Shown here: piece after piece, positions 1-11,700 of the stretch
Layout: the number at the start of each line of letters is the position of its first letter
How positions within the stretch are numbered: position 1 is the stretch's first letter
DNA from: Bacteroidales bacterium
GTDB lineage: Bacteria; Bacteroidota; Bacteroidia; Bacteroidales; JAGOPY01
DNA length: 64,000 nucleotides
NCBI GenBank assembly: GCA_017991835.1
Contig: JAGOPY010000005.1
Span: forward strand, 12,148 to 76,147
Reading direction: 5' to 3'
Notes under the pieces: generated by a model
The model's database searches: none
Told to the model about the DNA's origin: nothing
The model's input: the letters and a program-made list of their open reading frames with translations, nothing else
Translations under genes and position numbers: made by a program

Positions 1-246
1 CAGGTAACCGATACCGCGCTGCGCCCGTTTGTACATCGGCTCCTCCGTTATCTCGTCTTCATCCAGAAAGACCTTACCGGAGAACGGTTTGATCAGCCCG
101 ACGATGATATAGAACGATGTCGTCTTCCCCGCCCCGTTAGGGCCCAGCAAGCCGACGATCTCACCCTGTTTAACTTCAACAGAGACATCATTGACAACAG
201 TGCGTTGCCGGTATTTTTTAACGATTTTTTCGGTCCGTAGGATCAT
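1..246 (-). CDS. lptB: LPS export ABC transporter ATP-binding protein LptB, N-terminal 82 codons (gene continues past window start)
   Basis: Not in the ORF track because it is truncated. Hand translation of the minus strand from the ATG at 246-244 gives MILRTEKIVKKYRQRTVVNDVSVEVKQGEIVGLLGPNGAGKTTSFYIIVGLIKPFSGKVFLDEDEITEEPMYKRAQRGIGYL. It has the Walker A GPNGAGKTT and the LptB-typical RAxxGIGYL segment. LPS context: kdsD is nearby. Confidence 0.85.
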   Translation of the reverse strand, partial: MILRTEKIVKKYRQRTVVNDVSVEVKQGEIVGLLGPNGAGKTTSFYIIVGLIKPFSGKVFLDEDEITEEPMYKRAQRGIGYL

Positions 247-277
247 ATCGGGCAAATTTACTGATTCTTTGAACGCA

Positions 278-2752
278 TCAGAAGGTAAAATTAACGGAAA
301 TAAAGATCGCAAAGCGTTTGGCATCCGGCTTATCAAGGTGCGAAAGGCGCCAGATAGCATCTATCCGGCCAACTTTAAAGATATTCTCGATCCCTGTGCC
401 GACTTCAAAATAAGGCTTCCTCAACTCGCCGCTGTTTGCCGGCAGAACGGAATATTGCAGGTTCTCCTTCGACATTGCGCCCCAGACGGCACGACCGTGA
501 ACCACTTCCCGCCATTTCAGCTTCCGCATGAGGGGAATTTTATTTAAAAACCAACCGTCGAAATGATGTATATAAAATAACGAAGCATACCGGTCACTGA
601 TAAACTCGTAATAATTCATCAGGTTTCCCGATTCGGTATAATAAAAGAAGGTCTCGTTGCCTTCATGGATCTTCAGGAACGGGTAAGGAAGCCGGCCCCA
701 GGTTTTCCCGGCCTCAAGAATATATTTCGACCACCCGATGTTCGCCACGTTGAACCATTGCTTCAATTTAAACTGAAGCCGGTGATATTCCACATCACTT
801 CCGGCAAAACCCGGAATGCCATAACTATAGATCAACTCGGCTACAGGATATTTCGTTCCGAGAGAGGTCCGTTCAAATTCACCGTACAGAAAACGCTCGC
901 GATAGGCAAAACGTGTATATAACTGTATCTCGCCTGAAACCAGAGAATTATCCAGAACCTGCTTTCCAAATTTATTAATGATGAATTTTTCATCTCCCAG
1001 AGAATATACTTCACGACGGATAAAGCGGATGGCATTGGAAAATCCGGTAAACCATTCATGCTCATAGCTGGTCTTCAGTTCACTCACCATGGTCAACTTA
1101 TCGGCAGGACTTCGCCTGAAGAACGACGCGAAGAAATTATCCTCGCTGAAGGCATTCGGATCCTGGCCCAATTGCTCCATATCATAGCGATAAGAAAGAT
1201 TGACGCTGCGCCGGGGATTTTTACCGACCATATAGGTCATCCCGGCAGCGTATTTCCATTGCCGGTCTTTTGTGCCATATGCTGCATGACCTTCGAGCAT
1301 CAGCTTGCGGCTGAATTTATTGCTGGTTCTGCCACCCGCCCTTAACCTTAATCCTTCTATGGAATTAAAGCTGACGAACTTGTACAAAGGCCCGATCTCG
1401 AAATTACCCGTAACGAGGTATCCGGTACCCAGCAGCAAAACAGCTTTCTCATAATATTTATACGCAGGGACATTTTTTACCGAATCGATCATTTCATAGA
1501 TCTGCTCTTCGGTGTCGGTCAGGCTGTCAGGACGGTTAACAAGCCACCAGGAATCCTCTTTCCGGTAGGCATCCGGGTCGATCATGACATTGGCGGCAGA
1601 AGTATAAAATTCATCCTCTTTCGGATTGTCAAAGACATAATCGGAATAAATGGTCGACCGGTGGCCGAAAATTCCAAAGGTTTTGATCACATCACCCTTG
1701 AATGGGTTCAGGTCGACGAGCCTGTAATCGCGTGTCAGGATCCAGTAAGGTCCTGCCTGACCATACGACTGGGAGATATAAAAATCGTTGACCCAGTTGA
1801 AATTGGCGTCAGGCATCACCCGCATGTCAATTTGTTTAACGGCAAATGTCGTATCATGGATCCACAGGGTCCCGTAAAATGTCATCTCCTGTTTTCGCTT
1901 CGGTTCAAACCGGATCTGATAGCAAGTCTTTCCATCAACCATAACGGTATCTTCCAGGAAATATTCATAAGTAAACAATGCAAAACCAGCAACCGGGCTG
2001 ACGAAATTCTTATCAAACACATTGATGTAATTGTCATATATGTTCATTCCCAGGAACAACCCTCCGAGGTACTGGGTAAAGCTCTGGTTCTCCACACCGG
2101 ATATACGGCTTGCTTTGATAACTTCCCGGGTTGACCGGGGGGATTTCCTGAAATAATAATCGGAGACCGACTCTGAAATCAGCGATGGCAGGAAAATTTT
2201 CTGACCTATTTCACTGGTATCCAAGTGTTCAAAAACAAAATCAATCGGTTTGAAAATCCTCCTTTCCCTCAATTGCGGGTCGACATTATTTATATCGATC
2301 CGGATTTTATTGTATACCTGGCATTGGTAGGTTTCAATCCGGTCGGGATTGTTTTTCTCCTTGTTTTTAATGACCAGTTTCATGAGCAGTTCAACCCATC
2401 TTTCCTCGGGCCTGACCTGTATCTCATGGAGTGTTGTGGTGGACTCGGTGAGGACAAAATGGATCGTCTGGATTTTACCTTTCTGAATATATGCTATTTG
2501 CAATTGGTATCCTACCGCTGAGGCGCAGATGGAGTCTCCGGGAAGATTAGTGATCAGCGTGTAACTCCCCTCAGCATTGGAGGTAGCCCCGATTGTTGTA
2601 TTGGGAAAATAAACATTGACAAAAGGAATGGGCTCACCGGTGCGGGCATCGGTGATCTTTCCGGTTATCCGGGTCTCCTGGGAAAACACGATCGCCGGCA
2701 CAATCGCAATCATCCAGAGGAGGAGAAAAATATATCGGAAATACCGGATCAT
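278..2752 (-). CDS. Outer-membrane-associated protein: carboxypeptidase-regulatory-like N-domain + DUF5686-like body
   Basis: 824-aa ORF. Signal peptide followed by ITGKITDARTGEPIPFVNVYFPNTTIGATSNAEGSYTL (CarboxypepD_reg-type motif). Size and architecture match what I recall for Bacteroidota DUF5686 proteins; the family call is from memory and was not searched. Confidence 0.65.
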   Translation of the reverse strand: MIRYFRYIFLLLWMIAIVPAIVFSQETRITGKITDARTGEPIPFVNVYFPNTTIGATSNAEGSYTLITNLPGDSICASAVGYQLQIAYIQKGKIQTIHFVLTESTTTLHEIQVRPEERWVELLMKLVIKNKEKNNPDRIETYQCQVYNKIRIDINNVDPQLRERRIFKPIDFVFEHLDTSEIGQKIFLPSLISESVSDYYFRKSPRSTREVIKASRISGVENQSFTQYLGGLFLGMNIYDNYINVFDKNFVSPVAGFALFTYEYFLEDTVMVDGKTCYQIRFEPKRKQEMTFYGTLWIHDTTFAVKQIDMRVMPDANFNWVNDFYISQSYGQAGPYWILTRDYRLVDLNPFKGDVIKTFGIFGHRSTIYSDYVFDNPKEDEFYTSAANVMIDPDAYRKEDSWWLVNRPDSLTDTEEQIYEMIDSVKNVPAYKYYEKAVLLLGTGYLVTGNFEIGPLYKFVSFNSIEGLRLRAGGRTSNKFSRKLMLEGHAAYGTKDRQWKYAAGMTYMVGKNPRRSVNLSYRYDMEQLGQDPNAFSEDNFFASFFRRSPADKLTMVSELKTSYEHEWFTGFSNAIRFIRREVYSLGDEKFIINKFGKQVLDNSLVSGEIQLYTRFAYRERFLYGEFERTSLGTKYPVAELIYSYGIPGFAGSDVEYHRLQFKLKQWFNVANIGWSKYILEAGKTWGRLPYPFLKIHEGNETFFYYTESGNLMNYYEFISDRYASLFYIHHFDGWFLNKIPLMRKLKWREVVHGRAVWGAMSKENLQYSVLPANSGELRKPYFEVGTGIENIFKVGRIDAIWRLSHLDKPDAKRFAIFISVNFTF

Positions 2753-2805
2753 CGGGTTAAATGAAATTCATAGATCCTAAAAGAACAACCGGGGACCAAA
2801 ATCGT

Positions 2806-3771
2806 TCACAAGATCCCCTCTTTTAAAATATCATGCAGGTGAATAACACCGACATAGCGGTCATGTTCGGTCACAGGCAACTGGGTAATATTATTGTTTC
2901 TCATCAGCGCCAGTGCCTCGACAACCAGGCTGTCGGCCGGAATAGTCCTGGGATGGATTGTCATGATATCTTTTGCGCGAACCGTTTTCAGGTCCGTATT
3001 TTTCTCCAGCATCCTTCGCAGGTCGCCATCGGTAATGATACCGACCATTGTTCCATTGCTGATTACGGCCGTAGCGCCCAGGCGTTTGGCCGAGATCTCC
3101 ATGATCACCTGGCTGATATCTGCGTCTGCATCAACCCGCGGCACTTCGTTATTAATGGAGAGATCCGACACTTTCAGGTAAAGCTGTTTGCCCAGCGAAC
3201 CGCCCGGGTGCAGCCGGGCAAAATCCCCTGCGGTAAATCCGCGGCACTCCAGGAGGGCTACCGCCAGGGCGTCACCCATCACAAGCTGTGCCGTAGAACT
3301 GCTGGTCGGGGCGAGGTTATTCGGACAAGCCTCTTTAGGCACCGAAGAATTGAGCACGAAATCGGCTGACCTTGCCAGGTAAGACGATGGGTTCCCGACG
3401 ATGGCCGCAAGCTTGTTTCCACGGTGTTTCAGCAATGGGATCAGGACTTTGATTTCCGGTGTTTCACCGCTTTTCGACAGGCAGATCACCAGGTCTTCCT
3501 TCTGGATGATGCCCAGGTCACCGTGAATGGCATCGGCAGCGTGCATAAAAACGGCCGGGGTGCCCGTGGAGTTGAGTGTCGATACGATCTTTTCCGCAAT
3601 GATGGCGCTTTTGCCGATTCCGGTAATGATGACACGCCCCTGGTTTTCGAGGATCAGCCGGACCAGGCTCACGAAATCGTCGCCGATGGAATCCTGCAAA
3701 CCATTGATGGCATCTCTTTCGGCGCGGACAGTTTGTTGCGCAATTTCCCTGATCTCTTCGTAAGTTTTCAA
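2806..3771 (-). CDS. kdsD: Arabinose-5-phosphate isomerase, KpsF/GutQ family (SIS domain + tandem CBS)
   Basis: 321 aa. SIS motifs GRVIITGIGKSAIIAEK and VICLSKSGETPE. C-terminal CBS pair (MVGIITDGDLRR, VGVIHLHDILK). Confidence 0.9.
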   Translation of the reverse strand: MKTYEEIREIAQQTVRAERDAINGLQDSIGDDFVSLVRLILENQGRVIITGIGKSAIIAEKIVSTLNSTGTPAVFMHAADAIHGDLGIIQKEDLVICLSKSGETPEIKVLIPLLKHRGNKLAAIVGNPSSYLARSADFVLNSSVPKEACPNNLAPTSSSTAQLVMGDALAVALLECRGFTAGDFARLHPGGSLGKQLYLKVSDLSINNEVPRVDADADISQVIMEISAKRLGATAVISNGTMVGIITDGDLRRMLEKNTDLKTVRAKDIMTIHPRTIPADSLVVEALALMRNNNITQLPVTEHDRYVGVIHLHDILKEGIL

Positions 3772-3947
3772 AACAATCAGTATTTCAGTCTGTTAATTTT
3801 TCGGGAAAATATTTTAAAAAAAGTTAAAAATTTCATGTTTGTCTGGCTTTTTTCAAAAAATCGTATATTTATAAAAATATAATCTGCTATCGATAGTTAT
3901 AGATACTCTGATTTACTGACAAAGATACTCAATTTTAGGTTGCATTA

Positions 3948-6146
3948 ATGATAGTCAAGGAAGCCTTATCGATGAAGGAGGTACTGAAGGATGTCTTTGG
4001 TTTTGATAATTTTAAAGGGAACCAGGAAATCATCATCAAACATCTTCTTTCGAGGAAAGATACTTTTGTAATTATGCCCACGGGCGGGGGCAAATCGCTC
4101 TGTTACCAGCTGCCTGCCATGATGTGCGAAGGAACAGCCATCATCGTATCGCCACTCATCGCCCTGATGAAAAACCAGGTTGACAATCTCCGGAACTATG
4201 GCACCGACCATAATCTGGCCCATTTCATGAATTCTTCACTTAGTAAGTCGGAGATGAAAGAGGTCAGGCAAGACCTGGTGGAAGGATACACGAAATTATT
4301 ATATGTTGCCCCTGAATCACTTACCAAAGAAGACAACGTCGAGTTCCTGCGCAATATAAACATATCCTTTTATGCCATCGATGAAGCCCATTGCATATCG
4401 GAATGGGGTCACGATTTCAGGCCTGAATACCGCAGGATCAGGCCTATAATCGAAACCATCGGGCAGGATGTGCCCGTCATTGCCCTGACCGCTACGGCTA
4501 CGCCCAAAGTTCAGCAGGATATCATCAAGAACCTTGAGATACCCCAGTCGACGATCTTCAAATCATCATTCGACAGGCCTAATCTTTATTATGAAATCAG
4601 GCCCAAGACGGAAAACGTCGCAAAGGATGTCATAAAATATATCAAAGCCAACCTGGGGAAATCAGGCATCGTATACTGCATGAGCCGGAAAAAGGTGGAA
4701 GAGATGGCCGAGACACTGGTGGTCAATGGTATCAAGGCTTTACCCTATCATGCGGGTTTGGAATCGAATACCCGCAAATCAAACCAGGACCGGTTCCTGA
4801 TGGAGGATGTCGATGTGATTGTAGCCACCATTGCCTTCGGGATGGGAATCGACAAGCCCGATATCCGGTATGTTATCCATTACGATATGCCGAAAAGCCT
4901 GGAAAGTTATTACCAGGAGACTGGACGGTGCGGCAGGGATGACGGCGAAGGCAATTGCATAGCGTTTTACAGTTACGACGATATCCTGAAGCTGGAGAAA
5001 TTCATGAAAGACAAGCCTGTAGCCGAGCAGGAGATCGCCAAGGAGCTGCTGCAGGAAACGGTTGCTTACGCCGAATCGGCCGTATGCAGGCATAAACTTC
5101 TCCTGCATTATTTCGGGGAGGAATTCCCCAAGGAGAACTGCGGATCGTGTGACAACTGCCTTCATCCCAAAGCAAAATTCGAGGGTAAAGACTACATCAA
5201 ACTTGTGATCGAAACGGTGCTGGCCGTCAAACAACAATTCAAGGCAAAACATATCGTCAATATCATCATCGGCAAGAACTCTACAACGATGAAATCTTAC
5301 AGGCACAATGTGCTGGAAGAGTTCGGAAAAGGGGCCGATGAGGATGAACGGTTCTGGAACGCTGCGGTTCGCCAGGCGCTTATCAGCCAATTGCTGGTCA
5401 AGGATATCGAAAATTACGGTATTTTGAAAATCAGCAAGGAAGGCCATAAATTCCTGAAGAAACCTTACAGCATCATGCTCACGCATGATCGGGACTATGA
5501 CAACCTGGAGGAAGAAGAGGATATCATGGAAGGGGCCCACAAAACCAGCACGGCCGATAAGAACCTGTTCGCGATGCTGAAGGACCTCCGCAAAGAGATC
5601 TCCCGGAAGGAGAACCTGCCTCCGTTTGTGATCTTCCAGGATCCCTCGCTGGAGGATATGGCCATCCAATACCCCATTACATCCGAAGAGCTGTTACAAA
5701 TTACCGGCGTGGGCACCGGGAAAGCACACAAATACGGCGAACCCTTCCTGAAGCTTATCCAGCAGTATGTTGAAGAAAACGACATCATCCGGCCGAATGA
5801 TATGGTAGTCAAATCGGTTGTCAACAAATCGGGATTGAAAGTGTACATTATTCATAATATAGACCGGAAACTGGCCCTGGAAGATATTGCTACAGCTAAA
5901 AACCTGACCATAAGCGAATTGCTGACAGAGATCGAACGGATTGTGGCCTCCGGCACAAAACTCGATATCAAATACTATATTGACGAATACGTTGATGAAT
6001 ATCACCAGGAAGAGATCTACGACTATTTCCGGGAAGCCGATTCCGATTCGGTTGAGGAGGCATTGGTGGAGTTGGGTGAAGATGAATTCACCGAAGAAGA
6101 GATCAGGCTGATGCGCATCAAATTCATGTCGGAGGTAGGGAACTGA
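3948..6146 (+). CDS. recQ: ATP-dependent DNA helicase RecQ
   Basis: 732 aa. Motif I PTGGGKSLCYQLP, DEAH box YAIDEAHCISEWGHDFRPEY, and the RecQ zinc module CRHKLLLHYFGE...CGSCDNC. An HRDC-like C-terminus is present. The start could instead be the Met at 3972. Confidence 0.95.
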   Translation: MIVKEALSMKEVLKDVFGFDNFKGNQEIIIKHLLSRKDTFVIMPTGGGKSLCYQLPAMMCEGTAIIVSPLIALMKNQVDNLRNYGTDHNLAHFMNSSLSKSEMKEVRQDLVEGYTKLLYVAPESLTKEDNVEFLRNINISFYAIDEAHCISEWGHDFRPEYRRIRPIIETIGQDVPVIALTATATPKVQQDIIKNLEIPQSTIFKSSFDRPNLYYEIRPKTENVAKDVIKYIKANLGKSGIVYCMSRKKVEEMAETLVVNGIKALPYHAGLESNTRKSNQDRFLMEDVDVIVATIAFGMGIDKPDIRYVIHYDMPKSLESYYQETGRCGRDDGEGNCIAFYSYDDILKLEKFMKDKPVAEQEIAKELLQETVAYAESAVCRHKLLLHYFGEEFPKENCGSCDNCLHPKAKFEGKDYIKLVIETVLAVKQQFKAKHIVNIIIGKNSTTMKSYRHNVLEEFGKGADEDERFWNAAVRQALISQLLVKDIENYGILKISKEGHKFLKKPYSIMLTHDRDYDNLEEEEDIMEGAHKTSTADKNLFAMLKDLRKEISRKENLPPFVIFQDPSLEDMAIQYPITSEELLQITGVGTGKAHKYGEPFLKLIQQYVEENDIIRPNDMVVKSVVNKSGLKVYIIHNIDRKLALEDIATAKNLTISELLTEIERIVASGTKLDIKYYIDEYVDEYHQEEIYDYFREADSDSVEEALVELGEDEFTEEEIRLMRIKFMSEVGN

Positions 6147-6550
6147 TGCACAGGTTATTCAGCGCGGTCGTCGCCATTACGTTCCTGGTTTCCTGTTACC
6201 ATACCGCTCCCGGGCCGGAATTCAACAGGTCGTTACTGATACCCGCCGACTCCATGGCTATCATCATAACCGATCTTCACCTGGCCGACGGGGCAATCAA
6301 TGCCCGGAAAGTGCATAAAGATTCTCTCAAAACCGTGTCGTCGGCCTATCTGAATGAGATCCTCACCAGGCATAATGTAACGAAAGAGCAATTCGATGAG
6401 AGCATGCGGTTTTACACGTACGATCCGCGTGAAATCTCCAAAATCTATGAAAAGGTGATCATCGAGCTTGGTAAAAAGGAGAGCCAGGTCATGCCCAGGA
6501 AAGAAGAACCGAAAGAAGAGGTAAATGCGGAGAAGAAAACGGTTGAATGA
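6146..6550 (+). CDS. Small lipoprotein (DUF4296-like), translationally coupled to recQ
   Basis: 134 aa. Hydrophobic N-terminus with Cys (FLVSCYH). The ATG overlaps the recQ stop (ctgATGc). The DUF4296 assignment is a recollection only. Confidence 0.55.
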   Translation: MHRLFSAVVAITFLVSCYHTAPGPEFNRSLLIPADSMAIIITDLHLADGAINARKVHKDSLKTVSSAYLNEILTRHNVTKEQFDESMRFYTYDPREISKIYEKVIIELGKKESQVMPRKEEPKEEVNAEKKTVE

Positions 6551-6961
6551 TCACTGGCGGTGTGAGTCGGCCGTACAATTCAGTTCGTTCGGCGGAATGA
6601 CCAGTGAATAATCCCATGAAATGCTGCCGTTTGTAGTGTAAGTGCCTTTTCCGTCGACCGTCCACCCCTCCCCGATGGTCTGGGATTGAATGTAAAGATT
6701 GTTTGAGACAACCAGTCCTACGGCAGGATCATAACCGGGTCCCGGGTTTCCGAAATTATACACCAGGACCTGCGCGCTGTTGCCGGGATCTCGCATAATC
6801 TCAAGGGAGTAATTGCCTCTTCGGCATGATTCGTTCACACTCCAGGTGCCAAGGAACTTTTCAACGGGGTCGCCCGTATCAATGTCTTCATCTTCAGGGA
6901 GGCAGGCCGGGAAGAATAACATCAAAGCCAGCAAAGCCAGCAGGGATAATTGAACCTTCAT
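6551..6961 (-). CDS. Hypothetical lipoprotein
   Basis: 136 aa. Signal peptide with lipobox-like LFFPAC. No recognisable catalytic motif. Confidence 0.55.
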   Translation of the reverse strand: MKVQLSLLALLALMLFFPACLPEDEDIDTGDPVEKFLGTWSVNESCRRGNYSLEIMRDPGNSAQVLVYNFGNPGPGYDPAVGLVVSNNLYIQSQTIGEGWTVDGKGTYTTNGSISWDYSLVIPPNELNCTADSHRQ

Positions 6962-7015
6962 AACAATAAGTTTATCTAAATACCTTCAAATTTCATGCCG
7001 CGCCATATGCACCCG

Positions 7016-7870
7016 TCAAACCAGGCGCAATCCTTTGTCGACCAGATCGTCGGCAAGGCTGCTGGCGCCGATCCGGAAACTTTCCTTGCAGAACCAAGCA
7101 TCTCCAAGAATTTCGATCAGCAATGCGGTAAAAACAGTTGCATTCCGGAAAGTTCTGATGCCGCCGGCCGGTTTGATGCCAATGGTCTTGCCGGTCAGGT
7201 CGTGGTACTCCCGGATCGTATCCAGCATCACCAGGAAAGGGACGGCAGTGGCCCCCTCCGATATTTTTCCCGTGGAGGTTTTGATAAAGTCGGCTCCGGC
7301 AGCGACAGCCAGTTCGGATGCCCGGCGCACATATCCCACCGAAGGCAGTTCGCCTGTTTCCAGGATAACCTTCATGTGCGTCGGGCCACACATCTCCCTT
7401 ATCGCACACAGCTCGTCAAATACTTCCGTCTCATTTCCCCCGATCAGTTTTCCCCGGCTGATGACGGTATCGATTTCGTCAGCCCCTTCATTTACCGCAA
7501 ATTTAACCTCTTCCAGCTTGATCTTCAGCCCTGTCTGGCCCGATGGAAACCCTCCGGCTACGGAAGCCACCCGGATCGCGGTACCCTTCAGCGCTTCGAC
7601 GGCTGTTTTGACCAGTGAAGGATATACGCATACCGCGGCAGCGTCAGGAAACCGCTCGCTTATGGCAGAGAACTGTGCTTTCCGGCATAAATCCGTCACT
7701 TTCCTTTGAGTATCGGATCCTTCAAGGGTCGTTAGGTCAATACATCCCAGAAGCCTGGATATCAATACTATATCCGTTTCATCAGGCAGTATCTTTTCTG
7801 TAATCCCGTCGGCTCTGGCGGCCAGTTCTTTTTCTGTAAACCTGTATTCTTTGAATATTTGATTCATCAT
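7016..7870 (-). CDS. deoC: Deoxyribose-phosphate aldolase (long form)
   Basis: 284 aa. DLTTLEG, GADEIDTVI and the Schiff-base lysine context ADFIKTSTGK. The three plus-strand ORFs overlapping it are shadows. Confidence 0.9.
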   Translation of the reverse strand: MMNQIFKEYRFTEKELAARADGITEKILPDETDIVLISRLLGCIDLTTLEGSDTQRKVTDLCRKAQFSAISERFPDAAAVCVYPSLVKTAVEALKGTAIRVASVAGGFPSGQTGLKIKLEEVKFAVNEGADEIDTVISRGKLIGGNETEVFDELCAIREMCGPTHMKVILETGELPSVGYVRRASELAVAAGADFIKTSTGKISEGATAVPFLVMLDTIREYHDLTGKTIGIKPAGGIRTFRNATVFTALLIEILGDAWFCKESFRIGASSLADDLVDKGLRLV

Positions 7871-7966
7871 GTAGTTTTAACTGAAAAAAATCAAAATTAA
7901 TTCCATGCACGGATTATTCGCTAATTTCAGAAGAATAAATGGTGTTTATTTGTAAAAAAAATCTGT

Positions 7967-8590
7967 TTGACCAGCGGTTATTATTACCGGATACTCCTTA
8001 TTATATTGCTGAATGCCTTATTATTCAAAGGATTCGGTCAGGAACCGCCATGGGATTTCATCAAAGAAAAGGAAGGTATCCGGATCTATACCCGCAGCGA
8101 GGAGACCAGTTCTGTTAAATCCTTTAAAGGGGAAGCCGATTTTCTCACCGGGATGGACGCTATCAGCCGGATTATCGGGCGGGTCGATAAATTTGACTGG
8201 TGGGACGATAACATATCGGAGATAAAGGTCCTGGAATACGTTGAAGAGAAACTGATCCGGTACTATCTCGTTTACGATGTTCCCTGGCCTTTGAGCGACC
8301 GTGATTTATGCGTGGAAGCCATCATTACCAACGATCCGGTAACCGGGAAAAGAATAGTTCACGCCAAGCCCATCAGCGGTCTGGTCCCCGAATATTCCGA
8401 CCGGGTGAGGATCACCAATTACTGGCAGCGCTGGACAATGGAAGATGCCGGCAACGGCCTGGTCCACCTGGTCCTGGAGGGATCGGTCGATCCGGGCGGT
8501 AACATCCCGTCGTGGCTGATCAATATGGTGATCACCGATACCCCCCTGAACATCATGCGGAAAGTAAGGGAACAGGTTGAAAAAAACTGA
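7967..8590 (+). CDS. START/SRPBCC-type lipid-binding domain protein, secreted
   Basis: 207 aa with a TTG start in the track. Signal peptide, then a START-like pattern (KEGIRIYTR...VKSFKGE...PWPLSDRDL...GNIPSWLIN). Confidence 0.6.
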   Translation: MTSGYYYRILLIILLNALLFKGFGQEPPWDFIKEKEGIRIYTRSEETSSVKSFKGEADFLTGMDAISRIIGRVDKFDWWDDNISEIKVLEYVEEKLIRYYLVYDVPWPLSDRDLCVEAIITNDPVTGKRIVHAKPISGLVPEYSDRVRITNYWQRWTMEDAGNGLVHLVLEGSVDPGGNIPSWLINMVITDTPLNIMRKVREQVEKN

Positions 8591-8727
8591 ACCTATTTTC
8601 ATTTTCTTCGTATGAAAGTAGAGATCATTCGCTAATGGATATTACCTATTTATGGAATTGAGATTATACTAAAGTTTGTTAGGATGATCCTGCTGTATTT
8701 TACGCTATATTACACTTACCGGGCTAT

Positions 8728-11700
8728 ATGAACAAACGGTATGTATTTCTGATAGTTACGCTGCTACTCTCCTTCAGGGCGCTGGCTCAGATGTTTATTC
8801 TGAACGAAGATTTCAATGGTGCCAGCGGAACCGTCCCTCCTCAAGGATGGTCCAACCTGGTAATTGCCGGTAGTGCGGACGACAAATGGCATTTCGACAA
8901 TCCCGGTGACCGTCTGCTGAATTATCCCGTAACCGAGCCTTTCGCGGTTTTTGATGGCGAGTTCGTTTCCAACGATGGCTCACCGGAGGAGATTGCGCTT
9001 GAATCTCCACTTTTTGATGCCAGCACCAGCAATTATATCCTGTTGAATTTTGTTCATGTATTTGAACCGGGAAGCGGCGCTACGATCCGGATTGATGCTT
9101 ACAACGGCTCCTCCTGGGTCGGGGTCACAGAACTTCAGCCCACCGAATCCAATCCGGCCAGCGCAATCGTAGACCTTTCCGAGGCCACGGGTGGCATCAC
9201 CAATGCCCGGATCCGGTTCATCTGGTCGGGTAATGGCAGTGGCTTCTGGGCTATCGACAATATCCGGATTTATGCTTCACTTCCGCTCGACGGCGGGGTG
9301 GTCACTGTCGACAGCCCCGAATCACCCGTTACCCCTGGCATCCAGGATGTCAGGATAAGCCTTGGTAATTTTGGATATAATACCCTGACCTCCACCACCA
9401 TAAACTGGACGGCAGACGATGTCGCACAACCTGCCCATACCTGGAACGGTTCCATAGGATTTGGCCAGACGGAGAACAACATTACGATCGGCAGCTACAA
9501 TTTTACCAAACCGGTCATGATCAAGGTTTGGCATACCCAACCGAACGGGCAGAACGATCTCAACCCCTATAACGACACCGTATCGGAATACCTTGTTCCG
9601 CCTCTGTGCGGTACATATACAATAGGTGGAAATGAAGCTGATTTCGAGTCATTTTCTCAGATTGCAGAAGTATTAAACATAGCCGGCATTACCTGCCCGG
9701 TCACTATTATCGTCAGGAACGGAACCTATTTCGACCAGTTTGAGATCCGGCAGATCCAGGGTTCTTCTGCTGTCAATACCGTGACTTTCGAGTCGGAAAG
9801 CGGTGACAGCACCCAGGCCGTGATCCGGATCATCCCCAACGCGTTAAAATACGAGCCGATGATTTTGCTCAATGGCGCCGAAAATATTTCGTTCAGGCAC
9901 CTGGGGTTGTCGACCGGTTCCAACAGCAGCCAGAACGATGCTTTGGTCATCCGGAACTGTTCGGAGATCGAGGTGGCAAATTGCGCCCTGACGTCAAGAA
10001 ATGAAGCCGATTACGGAATAGTCATCGACGGAGGAAGCCGTAACATAGGGGTCCGAAATAATTATTTTGAATGCATATTCGGACGATCCGGCGCGGTCAA
10101 CATTTCAGGCTCGGGGACCAGGTACGCTACCATCACCGGTAATTACATCAAAGGAGCAACTGAAAAAGGCTATTCCACGATCCGGATAGAGGAGGCTGCC
10201 AGCCGGATCACGGTATCTGATAATAGAATAGAACGATGTTTCAGGGCCGTCCATATTATCCAATCGGATAGCATTTTAATTAGCGGCAACCACATTAACA
10301 ATACGAACGACGGAATTTATACAGAGCAGTCAAGCAGCCGCATTTTCATCACATCGAACAGGTTGACCCATATAAAGAGCAACCAGAATGTCCCGGAAGG
10401 GAATAGCGGCATCTTTATGAAGAATTCATCGTATGCTGAAATTTCAAATAATTATATCCATACCACCGGAGGCGGAACAGTGATGGGGGTCTGGTTGCAA
10501 TCGGTAAATTCTTCGAGGGTTTGCTTTAATTCTGTCAATATCACGAATTCCGAAACACAGGGTAAAAGCAACGGCATCCTGATCGAGGGAAACAACAGCC
10601 TGATGGCCAGGAACAATATTTTCAGGGTAAAAAATTCAGGGACTCCTGTTAAAGTGGCAGGTTCTGTATCCCAATTGGATTTCGACTACAACGATTACTA
10701 TTCCTCCGGTCCGGTCATCGGAAAGTTAGGTGAGAATGAATATGAAAGTATAACCAGCTGGAACCTTGCGACCGGACTGGATGCCCATTCTTTGTCCGTC
10801 ATTCCGTTCTATGAATCCGATACTGTTCTGGCCATTAACCAGGCTTCACTGAATAACACCGCTGTTCCTGTAGGCGGTATTGAATACGACATCGACAGCA
10901 CGTTAAGAAATCCCGTATCACCTGATTTCGGGGCCAAAGAATATACGCCATGCCTGACCGATGCAGGAATAAACTCGATCATAAATCCTGAGAATCCGCT
11001 TAATAACGGGACAGAACAGGTCACAGTCCTTCTTCAAAACCAGGGAACCGGAACATTGACCGACGTTGTCATCCACTGGTCTGTAAATGATGTCGAACAA
11101 CCGCCTTTCAACTGGAATGGAAGTCTGGTGGAGAAGCAATCTATTGCTGTCGACGTGGGTGATTATGATTTCGAAGCCGTCACCCTATACAGGGTCAGGG
11201 CATGGACTTCACAGCCCAACGGTCAGGACGATTGCAATCCATTGAACGATACAATAACCAGCGGCCAGCTGGCGGTTCCGCTATGCGGCAATTATACCGC
11301 AGGAGCTTCGGGTGCAGATTTTACAACGGTAGGTCAGGCTGTCACGCTTCTGAATCTTTCGGGGATTACCTGTCCGGTAACTATTTTCCTGAAAGATGGA
11401 ATATACTATGAAAAACTGCTGATCAAAGATATACCCGGAGCCTCTGAAACAAATACGGTCACTTTCACTTCACAAAATGGAGACAGTTCAAAAGCCACCA
11501 TTAAAATACCCGGGAATGCACTAAAGGACGAGGATATGATCTACATGGAAGAGACCCGCCACGTCACTTTCCGTGATCTGGGCCTTTTCACCGGGACCAC
11601 TCCATCCACGAGCTTCTCGAATAATGCCGTCAATCTTAATAACACGCGATATATAACCTTTGAGAATTGCTATTTTGAAGTGAAAAAGGAATCGGATATC

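Noticed and set aside
4779-5669. 296-aa minus-strand ORF (with neighbours at 5495-5848 and 5694-6005) inside recQ
   Set aside because: It is antisense to a helicase gene with unmistakable motifs. The composition (Arg/Leu/Phe/His-rich, no motifs) is typical of a shadow ORF.
6993-7709. Three overlapping ORFs (138, 207 and 224 aa) covering the deoC region
   Set aside because: The frame at 7016-7870 encodes a clean DeoC with the active-site Lys motif. The others are alternative-frame or antisense shadows rich in Arg/Pro/Ser.
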